A program made the position numbers and the translations under genes. Below are positions 47,178 to 55,167 of a stretch of 64,000 bases of DNA, piece by piece (position 1 is the first letter of the stretch; each line of letters begins with the position of its first letter). The DNA lies in assembly GCA_044869805.1 (NCBI GenBank), contig JBIOXV010000172.1:14715-78714 (forward strand), in the 5' to 3' direction. The notes below the pieces were generated by a model. The model was not told where the DNA came from and made no database searches. It saw only the letters and a program-made list of their open reading frames with translations. This DNA is from Thermoanaerobaculia bacterium. Lineage in GTDB: Bacteria > Acidobacteriota > Thermoanaerobaculia > Multivoradales > SZUA-115.

Positions 47178-47489
47178 TTACTCGGTCATCCGGCTGCGCC
47201 GGGCCCGATTCTCCAGCATCTCCAGGAACCACGCCTCGGGGGTCGCCACGTCGCGCCAGCGGTAGATCAGCATCGCCACCACGTCGGCGAGGATCACGGC
47301 GGCGGTGTCGGGGTGCACGCCGTAGCGCTGAAACATCTCGATGATGCGCGGCTCGAGGCGCGCGACCAGGGCCTGGATCTCCTTCCACTGACCCGGCTCG
47401 CCGTCCTCTCCGCCGCCGTCATCACCGTCCGACATGGCTTCATTATCTACGCGGTCAAGACCGGCCCCCAGGATACGCGGCCGGCGCAC
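47178..47489 (-). CDS. Small hypothetical protein with an acidic N-terminus, downstream of glgA
   Basis: A 103-aa ORF (or 85 aa from MSDGDDGG). It lies 39 bp downstream of glgA on the same strand. No family was recognised. Confidence 0.3.
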   Translation of the reverse strand: MRRPRILGAGLDRVDNEAMSDGDDGGGEDGEPGQWKEIQALVARLEPRIIEMFQRYGVHPDTAAVILADVVAMLIYRWRDVATPEAWFLEMLENRARRSRMTE

Positions 47490-47528
47490 GCCGGGATTAC
47501 CGCCCGGCGTAACGCGCCCGGGGCGAGA

Positions 47529-49043
47529 TCAGAAGTGCCCCGCCAGGAGCGCCTCGTACAGTGCCACGTAGCGCTCGATCTGCGACTCCCAGGAGAAGTC
47601 CCGGCTCATGCCGGCGAGCATCAATCGCCGCCAGGCCTCGCGATCCTGGTAGAGGTCGAGCGCCTGGTTCACGGCCCACGCCAGGCCCTCGGGCGTGAAG
47701 TGCTCGAATACGAAGCCGGTGCCACTGCCGTCCCCGGGGTCGAAGGGCTCCACCGTGTCGGCGAGGCCGCCGGTCTTGCGCACCACGGGCGGCGTGCCGT
47801 AGCGCTGGCTGTACATCTGGTTCAAGCCGCAGGGCTCGTAGAGCGAGGGCATGAGGAAGATATCGGCGCCCGCCTCGATCAGATGGGCCAGCGGCTCGCT
47901 GTAACCGCGGTAGAAGACCACGCGGTCGGGGAAGCCGTGCTGCAGCCCGGCGAAGAACTCCTCGTACTTGCGCTCGCCGTTGCCGAGCACCACCAGGCGG
48001 GCGTTGCGTCGCGCCAGCAGGCCCGGCAGGACCTCGAAGAACAGGTCGAAGCCCTTCTGCGCGGTGAGGCGCGACACCACGCCCAAGAGTGGCACCCGCT
48101 CCTCGGCGGCCGAGCCGGGAGCGGCGAGCCCCAGGGAGGCCAGCCCCAGAGAAGCTAGCAAATCGGCCTTGTTGGCGGCCTTGCCGGAGAGGTCGGCCGC
48201 CGAGTAGGGGTGGGGGATGTGGGGGTCGTTCGCCGGGTCCCACTCCTCGGCGTCGATGCCGTTGACGATCCCCACCAGGTGGTCGCCGCGCGCCCGCAGC
48301 ACGCCCTGGAGCCCCATGCCGTAGCGGTCGGTCTGGATCTCCAGGGCGTGGGTGCGCGACACGGTGGTGATGACCCCGGCATAGAGCAGGCCGGTCTTCA
48401 AGAAGTTGATCCGCCCGGCCGCGAGGTCGTCCTGGTAGAGGTAGGAGGCGACCCCCGCGAGCCCCAGCTCGGGCAGCAGGCCGCTGCCGAACACTCCCTG
48501 GTAGCCCACGTTGTGCAGCGTGAGCACGGTCTTGGTGCCGGCGAACAGGCGGTCCCAGGCGTAGACGGTGCGCAGGTAGAGGGGCATCAAGGCGGTGTGC
48601 CAGTCGTGCGCGTGCACGATGTCCGGTGCCCAGCCCATGCGCTGGCAGCACTCGAGCGCCGCCCGCGACAGGAAGGCGAAGCGCAGCGCCTCGTCCGCGT
48701 CCTGCGTGTAGTAGCCCTCGCGGTCGTAGAGCGCCGGGCAGTGGATGAAGTAGAGCGGCGGCCCGCCGCCGTGGGTGCCGACGCCCGGCAGCGGCGCCGT
48801 GTAGGCGGAGAAGGAGAGGTGGCGGTCGCCCACCGAGATCGGCACGTCGCGCAGGAAGGCGACCGGGAAAAACGAGTGCTGCGAGCGATCGATCTTCGAG
48901 TACAGCGGCAGGAAGGCGCGCACGTCGTGCCCGGCGCGGTCGAGGTAGCGGGCGAGCGAGGCGGCGACATCGCCCAGGCCGCCGGTCTTGGCGAACGGGG
49001 TGAGCTCGGAGCTCGCCTGGCAGATGCGCAGCGGCCGGTCCAC
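47529..49043 (-). CDS. glgA: Glycogen (starch) synthase, ADP-glucose type (GT5)
   Basis: SSELTPFAKTGGLGDV and C-terminal GT-B motifs (LMPSLYEPCGLNQMY) identify it. A GTG start at 49041-49043 is inferred. The upstream 668 aa of the 1172-aa track ORF are a spurious extension. Confidence 0.85.
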   Translation of the reverse strand: MDRPLRICQASSELTPFAKTGGLGDVAASLARYLDRAGHDVRAFLPLYSKIDRSQHSFFPVAFLRDVPISVGDRHLSFSAYTAPLPGVGTHGGGPPLYFIHCPALYDREGYYTQDADEALRFAFLSRAALECCQRMGWAPDIVHAHDWHTALMPLYLRTVYAWDRLFAGTKTVLTLHNVGYQGVFGSGLLPELGLAGVASYLYQDDLAAGRINFLKTGLLYAGVITTVSRTHALEIQTDRYGMGLQGVLRARGDHLVGIVNGIDAEEWDPANDPHIPHPYSAADLSGKAANKADLLASLGLASLGLAAPGSAAEERVPLLGVVSRLTAQKGFDLFFEVLPGLLARRNARLVVLGNGERKYEEFFAGLQHGFPDRVVFYRGYSEPLAHLIEAGADIFLMPSLYEPCGLNQMYSQRYGTPPVVRKTGGLADTVEPFDPGDGSGTGFVFEHFTPEGLAWAVNQALDLYQDREAWRRLMLAGMSRDFSWESQIERYVALYEALLAGHF

Positions 49044-50308
49044 TAGACCTCCGTGCCGTCCGGCACCACCGCCCCGGCCGCCACCACGATGATGCCGTCG
49101 CGGATGCACCAGTTGTCGCCGTCGGCGTGGGTCACGCCGCCCGCGTTGACCAGCTTGACGCCGTTGCCGATGCGCACGTCGCGGTCGAGGATGGCGTGCT
49201 TGATCACGCAGTCGCGGCCGATACCGAGCGGGATGTTGCTGCCCGCCGCCTCGTCGGGCTCGAAGAAGTTGGCGCCCATCACCACGCTGTCCTCGACCAC
49301 CGAGCCGGAGCGGATCACCGAGCGCACCCCGAAGATCGAGCGCTGGATCTCGGCGCCGGTGATGATCGAGCCGTCGCACAGCACCGAGTGGTAGACCCGG
49401 CACTCGTTCACCTTCACCCCGGGCAGGAAGCGCGGGTGGGTGAAGATCGGGTAGTCGGGGCTGTAGAGGTTGAGCGGCGGCACCGGCACCGCGAGCTCCA
49501 GGTTCGAGCTGTGGAAGTTGCCGATGGTGCCGATGTCGCGCCAGTAGCCGTCGTAGCCGAAGGCGTAGATCTTCCGCTCGTGGATCGCCTTGGGGATGAT
49601 CTCTTTGCCGAAGTCGTGGTCGTCGGTGCCCACCAGCAGGTCGCGCAGCAGGCCGGGGCGGAAGACGTAGATGCCCATGCTGGCGAGGAGCGCGTCCTCC
49701 TCGGTTTCGAAGCCGAGCTTCTTCAGCGTGGCGGCGTCGGTAATCAGGCGGTCGAGGACCTCCTTCTCGGTCGGCTTCTCCACGAACTCGATGATGCGGC
49801 CGGCGGAGTTGACGCGCATGATCCCCAGGCCTTTGGCCTGTGACCGGGGCACCGCCTTGACCGCCACCGTCATGTCCGCCTTCTTCTGCCGATGGGTGTC
49901 GACGAAGTTCCTCATCTCCATCAGGTAGAGCTGGTCGCCGGACAGCACCAGCACCTCGGAAGGCTGCAGCAGGAGCAGCCGGTCCAGGTTCTGGCGCACG
50001 GCGTCGGCCGTGCCCTGGTACCAGTCGCGGCGCTCGAGGCCCTGCTCGGCGGCCAGGATGTTGACGAAGCCGCGCGAGAAGACGTCGAAGCGATAGGTCT
50101 GCGCGATGTGCTGGTGCAGGCTCGCCGAGTTGAACTGGGTCAAGACGAAGATGCGGGTGATGCCGGCGTGCAGGGAGTTCGAGATCGGCACGTCGATCAG
50201 CCGAAACTTGCCCCCCACCGGCACCGCCGGCTTGGCCCGGCTCTTGGTGAGCGGCCACAGGCGCGCTCCCTGCCCACCCCCCAGGATCGCGGTGACGACG
50301 TTCCTCAT
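49043..50308 (-). CDS. glgC: Glucose-1-phosphate adenylyltransferase
   Basis: ILGGGQGARLWPLT, KPAVPVGGKFRLIDVPISN and the left-handed beta-helix C-terminus match GlgC. The TAG stop overlaps the glgA start by 1 nt. Confidence 0.9.
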   Translation of the reverse strand: MRNVVTAILGGGQGARLWPLTKSRAKPAVPVGGKFRLIDVPISNSLHAGITRIFVLTQFNSASLHQHIAQTYRFDVFSRGFVNILAAEQGLERRDWYQGTADAVRQNLDRLLLLQPSEVLVLSGDQLYLMEMRNFVDTHRQKKADMTVAVKAVPRSQAKGLGIMRVNSAGRIIEFVEKPTEKEVLDRLITDAATLKKLGFETEEDALLASMGIYVFRPGLLRDLLVGTDDHDFGKEIIPKAIHERKIYAFGYDGYWRDIGTIGNFHSSNLELAVPVPPLNLYSPDYPIFTHPRFLPGVKVNECRVYHSVLCDGSIITGAEIQRSIFGVRSVIRSGSVVEDSVVMGANFFEPDEAAGSNIPLGIGRDCVIKHAILDRDVRIGNGVKLVNAGGVTHADGDNWCIRDGIIVVAAGAVVPDGTEV

Positions 50309-50397
50309 CGGCGCCCCTCTCTTGAAGCCAAGCCTCTGAGGTGGCAGATCTTACTCGCACTCGCCCGCCCGGCCCAAGGCCGCTATACTCCCCGCCC

Positions 50398-51618
50398 GTG
50401 CCGCACGTCGTCTTCGTAGCGCCGTTCCTGATGCCGGCCACGGCGCGCTTCGCGCAGGCCACGGCGAGCCTGCCGGGGGTCAAGGTCGGGCTCATCACCC
50501 AGGACCCGGCGGCCAAGATCCCGCCTTCGCTCGCCGCCTCGATCGCCGCCCACCGGCGGGTGGAGAACGCTTTCGACCCGGTGCGCTTGGCCGATGCGGC
50601 CCGCGACCTCGCGCGCTCGATCGGCGGCCTCGACCGGCTGATGGGGGCCCTGGAGCAGCTCCAGGTGCCGCTCGCCCAGGCGCGCGAGATCCTGGGGGTC
50701 GAGGGCATGCGGGTAGAGGCGGCGAAGAACTTCCGCGACAAGGCGCGCATGAAGACCGTGCTGCGGGAGGCCGGCCTGCCCTGCGCCCGCCACCGGCTGG
50801 CGGCTTCCGCCGAGGAGGCGCGCGACTTCGCGCGCGAGGTCGGCCTGCCGCTGGTGGTCAAGCCCCCGGACGGCGCGGGCGCCAAGGCCACCTTCAGGGT
50901 GGGCACGCCCGAGGCGCTGGAGGAGGCCTTGAAGGTCAACGCGCCGGCGCCCGGCCGCCCGGTGCTGCTCGAGGAGTTCGTCACCGGCGACGAGTACTCT
51001 TTCGAGACCGTTTCGATCGCCGGCCGGCCGGTGTGGTACTCCTCCACCCGCTACCTGCCGACGCCGCTCGAGGCGATGCACAACCCATGGATTCAGTGGT
51101 GCGTGCTGCTGCCTCGGGAGCGCGAGGACCCGCGCTTCGACGACGTCAAGGAAGTGGCTTTCAAGGGGCTCGCGGCGCTGGGCATGGGCACCGGCCTCTC
51201 GCACATGGAGTGGTTTCGGCGCCGCGACGGCTCGCTCGCCATCTCCGAGGTCGCCGCCCGCCCTCCGGGCGCGCAGATCACCACCCTGGTTTCGGTGGCG
51301 CACGAGTTCGACTTCCTCGCCGCCTGGGCACGCCTCATGGTGTTCAGCGAGTTCCATCCGCCGCCGCGCAAGTGGGCCTCCGGCGCCGCCTTCTTCCGCG
51401 GCATGGGCGGGAGCCGCGTCAAGGCCGTGCACGGCCTCGACCAGGCGCAGAAGGAGCTGGGGCCGCTGGTGGTCGAGGCCAAGCTGCCCAAGCCCGGCGC
51501 CCCCAAGTCCGACAGCTACGAGGGCGACGGCTACGCCGTGCTGCGCCACGAGAGCACCGAGACGGTACGGAAGGCGCTGATGCGGCTGGTGGCGCTGGTG
51601 CGCGTCGAATACAACTGA
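50398..51618 (+). CDS. ATP-grasp domain ligase (paralog 2 of 3)
   Basis: (V)PHVVFVAPFLMP, LVVKPPDGAGAKA, HMEWF and EVAARPPG are present. A GTG start at 50398 is chosen by alignment to its paralogs; an alternative ATG lies at 50341. Confidence 0.7.
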   Translation: MPHVVFVAPFLMPATARFAQATASLPGVKVGLITQDPAAKIPPSLAASIAAHRRVENAFDPVRLADAARDLARSIGGLDRLMGALEQLQVPLAQAREILGVEGMRVEAAKNFRDKARMKTVLREAGLPCARHRLAASAEEARDFAREVGLPLVVKPPDGAGAKATFRVGTPEALEEALKVNAPAPGRPVLLEEFVTGDEYSFETVSIAGRPVWYSSTRYLPTPLEAMHNPWIQWCVLLPREREDPRFDDVKEVAFKGLAALGMGTGLSHMEWFRRRDGSLAISEVAARPPGAQITTLVSVAHEFDFLAAWARLMVFSEFHPPPRKWASGAAFFRGMGGSRVKAVHGLDQAQKELGPLVVEAKLPKPGAPKSDSYEGDGYAVLRHESTETVRKALMRLVALVRVEYN

Positions 51619-51628
51619 GATCCCGTCG

Positions 51629-52846
51629 ATGAACGTGGTGATGATCGCTCCGGCCTACCCGTGGGAGATGACCCTCTTCACCCGCGGGCTGGCGCGGGTG
51701 GGCGCCAAGGTGCTCGGCGTGGGGGACACGCCGGCCGCGGGGCTGTCGCCGATGGTGAAGGAGAGCCTCGCCGCCTACCTGCACGTGCCCTCGCTGTGGG
51801 ACGAGGAGGCAGTGATCGAGGCCGTGCGCCGGCACCCGGCGGCGCGCTCGCTCGACCTCGTGGAATGCCTGTGGGAGCCGGGCATGATCCTCGCCGCCCG
51901 GCTGCGCGAGCGGCTGGGCCTGCCCGGCATGACGGTCGCCGAAACCGTTCCCTTCCGCGACAAGGGGCGAATGAAACAGGTGCTCGACGCCGCCGGCATC
52001 CGCACTCCGCGTCACTTCCGCGCCGCGTCGACCCGCGAGGTGCGCGCCGCGGCCGAACGCATCGGCTTCCCGCTGATCGTCAAGCCGATCGCCGGCGCCG
52101 GCTCCAAGGACACCCATCGGGTCGACGACGACGCGGAGCTCGAGCAGGTCATCGCCAAGGTCCGGCACGTCGAGGAGGTGAGCGTCGAGGAGTACATCGA
52201 GGGCGAGGAGCACACTTTCGACACCATCTGTGCCGACGGCGAGATCCGCTATTTCAACCTCGCCTGGTACCGGCCGCGGCCGCTGCTGCAGCGCACCGTC
52301 GAGTGGATCAGCCCGATGACCGTCACCCTGCGGGACGTGTTCCGCGACGACCTCGCACCGGGCCGAGAGATGGGCCAGGCGGTGCTCGAGGCCCTGGGAT
52401 TCAAGACCGGCTTCACCCACATGGAGTGGTTCCTGAAGCCTGACGGCGAGGCGGTGTTCGGCGAGATCGGCGCCCGCCCGCCCGGCGCGCGCTCGACCGA
52501 GCTGATGAACTACGGCTGCGACATCGACGTCTTCACCGGCTGGGCCGAGGCGGTGTGCCACCGGCGATTCAGCCAGAAGGTGGTGCGCCGCTACAACAGC
52601 GCCGTGATCTTCAAGCGCGCCCAGGGCCAGGGCCGCATCCAGCGCATCGAGGGCCTGGAGCGCCTGCTCGGCCGCTTCGGCGAGGCGATCGTCTCCGTCG
52701 ATCTCCTGCCGATCGGCTCGCCGCGCCGCAACTGGCTCCAGACCCTGCTCTCCGACGGCCACGTCATCCTCCGCCACCCGCACCTACCGACCTGCATCGA
52801 GATGGCGGACACGGTGGCCGAGGAGCTGCAGCTCTACGCTGCCTAG
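51629..52846 (+). CDS. ATP-grasp domain ligase (paralog 3 of 3)
   Basis: MNVVMIAPAYPW, LIVKPIAGAGSKD, HMEWF and EIGARPPG are present. It follows paralog 2 after a 10-bp gap. Confidence 0.75.
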   Translation: MNVVMIAPAYPWEMTLFTRGLARVGAKVLGVGDTPAAGLSPMVKESLAAYLHVPSLWDEEAVIEAVRRHPAARSLDLVECLWEPGMILAARLRERLGLPGMTVAETVPFRDKGRMKQVLDAAGIRTPRHFRAASTREVRAAAERIGFPLIVKPIAGAGSKDTHRVDDDAELEQVIAKVRHVEEVSVEEYIEGEEHTFDTICADGEIRYFNLAWYRPRPLLQRTVEWISPMTVTLRDVFRDDLAPGREMGQAVLEALGFKTGFTHMEWFLKPDGEAVFGEIGARPPGARSTELMNYGCDIDVFTGWAEAVCHRRFSQKVVRRYNSAVIFKRAQGQGRIQRIEGLERLLGRFGEAIVSVDLLPIGSPRRNWLQTLLSDGHVILRHPHLPTCIEMADTVAEELQLYAA

Positions 52847-54420
52847 CGCAGCGCCAGCCGCAGCGCTGCGACCTCCCCCGACAGCTCGTCGGCCACCGCG
52901 ACCGCGACGGCCTCGCTGTCGGCGGCGAGCACGAGCTCCGTGACGTAGCTGAGCCGGCAGGGCTCTGCCTCCATCGTGGGGCGCGTGGCGCGCAGCGCCA
53001 GGCGCTCGACCGGAGAGGCCCTGCCCCCCGGCTCCCTCACCGCCACCGCCAGCGTCAGCCGCGCCTGCTCGCCGCTCGCCGTGGTCTCGAAGCGCACGTG
53101 GTCGCAGGGCAGAGCGAAATCGAGCGGAAACGCGATCGTCCCGGTGCCGCGGGAGACGGCGGGACCGGCGACCGCGGTGAGCCGCAGCGGGTTCTCGCCA
53201 TTGCCCCGCCAGAGCGCCCCCAACGCGTGGGCAGCGGGCGAAGGGCCGGCCTCGGCGAGCGCCACCGTGGACGCGTGGCGTACTTCCAGTCGGGGCCGCG
53301 AGACCTCGACCTTGATCATCGGCGAAGCACCCTCCACGGCTGCCGGCGCCGCGAAGCGCAGCCGGTAGGTGCCGCCGAGCAGCGTCTCCAGCCGTTCCAT
53401 CGCGGCCTGCGGGTGGCCGGCGCGGAGCAGCTCGCCGCCGCTCGACCGGGCGAGCTCCGCGAGATGCGGCTCGAAGAGGGTGCGGCGCTCGAGCGATCCC
53501 GCGAGGCCGCCGCGCAGCTCTGCCGCAGCCGGCTCCACGATCCACGGAAAGAACGTCACCTGCGCCTGGCCGGCCGCGGCGAGCAAAGCAGCGAGGCGGG
53601 GCGGCACGTTTCTTCCCTGGCCCGAGGGCAGCGGCGGCTGCGACACCAGATAGCGCAGCGACGGGCTGTCCTGGGGCGACCCAGGCAACGGGGTCTCCGT
53701 TCCGCTCACCACGCGCACGCTGAAGCTCCTCGGGGCCTCGCTGGTCGAGCGCGGATCGCTGGCGTAGGGCAACCCGCCCGTCACGTAGAGGAGCGCCTTC
53801 GGGCCGGCGAGGTCACCGACCGCCTGGAGCAGGGACTCGAGCCCGTCGAGCGAGGCACGGCTGGCGCGGCGCAGGGCGTCGTCGAGGCTGGCGCGCTCTC
53901 CCAGCGCGACGGGTGCGTGGTCCGGCTGCTCGGGGCTCCGCCTTCGCCACTGCCGGTCGACCTCGACCGCGAGCGCGGTGGCCCGGCGCCCTGAGAGCTC
54001 CGCGAGCCGCAACTGGGCCGTGGAGCCGTCGCGGGCAAGCGGCGCCACCAGCTCGAGGCTGCCGTCGAAGGAGGCGAGGAGCACGCGATCGCCGCGCTGG
54101 GCGCGCGCCGAGGTGAAGCGCGCCAGCGCATCGACCAGGCCCTGAAGGCGGCCGGGGGGCAGAAGCTGGTGATCGACCAGGACGACGAAGGTCTGACTTC
54201 CGCCCGCCGGCTGCTGCAGCTCCTGGACCGGCAGCCCGGCGAGGGAGACGCGGAATTCGGCCGCCTCGAGGTCGGTCACCGGCCGGCCCTGACGGTCGAG
54301 CACCAGGGCGGCGAGCTCGACGCTCGGCAGGAAGGAGTGCGGCGCTCCCTCCTGGGCTATGGCCGCGCCCAGCCACGCGACTCCACTCAGAACGAGACCG
54401 CCGAGCCGGGATGCCTTCAC
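52843..54420 (-). CDS. VWFA-related (Acidobacterial-type) domain protein, secreted
   Basis: The signal peptide follows a GTG start at 54418-54420. The N-terminal VWA-like region (TFVVLVDHQ...LLASFDGS) resembles the VWFA-related Acidobacterial family. The upstream 134 aa of the track ORF are spurious. Confidence 0.5.
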   Translation of the reverse strand: MKASRLGGLVLSGVAWLGAAIAQEGAPHSFLPSVELAALVLDRQGRPVTDLEAAEFRVSLAGLPVQELQQPAGGSQTFVVLVDHQLLPPGRLQGLVDALARFTSARAQRGDRVLLASFDGSLELVAPLARDGSTAQLRLAELSGRRATALAVEVDRQWRRRSPEQPDHAPVALGERASLDDALRRASRASLDGLESLLQAVGDLAGPKALLYVTGGLPYASDPRSTSEAPRSFSVRVVSGTETPLPGSPQDSPSLRYLVSQPPLPSGQGRNVPPRLAALLAAAGQAQVTFFPWIVEPAAAELRGGLAGSLERRTLFEPHLAELARSSGGELLRAGHPQAAMERLETLLGGTYRLRFAAPAAVEGASPMIKVEVSRPRLEVRHASTVALAEAGPSPAAHALGALWRGNGENPLRLTAVAGPAVSRGTGTIAFPLDFALPCDHVRFETTASGEQARLTLAVAVREPGGRASPVERLALRATRPTMEAEPCRLSYVTELVLAADSEAVAVAVADELSGEVAALRLALR

Positions 54421-55046
54421 CAGCGCAAGGTTACTCCGGCCGTGGCATCGGCCTGGTAGAGGTCGCCCCCCACGCTCTGCGGCAGTCCCGTCCACCAGCC
54501 TCGCCCTTCGAAGCGCAGGCTCACGCGCTCGGTGAGCGCGACCTTGAGGCCCAGCCCCAGGCTGGCTGCAGGGTGCTCGCCCTCCGGCCAGGTGTGCAGG
54601 AAGGTGCGGCGCCCCGAGGTCGCGAGGTGCGCCAGCCCCACGGTGGCAGCGGCAAAGGGGCTGAGCCGCTCTCCGGGGCGCTGGTAGACGACCCCGACCT
54701 GGAAGTGGGTGGTGGTAAGCGTGTTTTCGTCGAACACCACCGGCTCGACCGGGAGCGTGTGCGGGTCGTCGACGAAGCCGAGGTCGCTCTCTTGCCGGCT
54801 CACCAAGGCTTCCAGGCCCCATCCGCCACGCAGCTCATGGTCGACGATGAGGCCGAAGGCGGGCCCGGAGTCCGCCGCCACGTTGATGGGGCAAGGCGCC
54901 TGGATCGAGGCGAGGCAGACGACCGACTGGGCGTAGGCGACGTCGCCGTCGCGGTAGGCGACGGAGGGAGTGATCTCGACGCCGTGCGCGGTCGTGGTGC
55001 AGAGTGAGGCGAGAAGCAGGCCGGGAAGGAAGCGGAACCAACGCAT
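54417..55046 (-). CDS. Outer-membrane beta-barrel protein (OmpA/OmpW-like small porin family)
   Basis: A signal peptide is followed by alternating amphipathic beta strands and a C-terminal aromatic residue (GVTLRW). The internal ATG at 55044-55046 was chosen as the start. Confidence 0.55.
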   Translation of the reverse strand: MRWFRFLPGLLLASLCTTTAHGVEITPSVAYRDGDVAYAQSVVCLASIQAPCPINVAADSGPAFGLIVDHELRGGWGLEALVSRQESDLGFVDDPHTLPVEPVVFDENTLTTTHFQVGVVYQRPGERLSPFAAATVGLAHLATSGRRTFLHTWPEGEHPAASLGLGLKVALTERVSLRFEGRGWWTGLPQSVGGDLYQADATAGVTLRW

Positions 55047-55167
55047 GGGCTCTCCTTTCGCAGAGGGATTGCCTCGTTTGCGGTCCCTCGGGCGCCGAAT
55101 CGTGGGCACCTCCCCTCAAGATCCCGTGCCTCCGCGCAAGTGTTAGGACCAGAACGCGAGCACTGCG

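Noticed and set aside
48115-48165. Short in-frame tandem duplication in glgA (LASLGLASLG).
   Set aside because: This is a minor low-complexity loop duplication inside an otherwise canonical GlgA and is not a separate feature.
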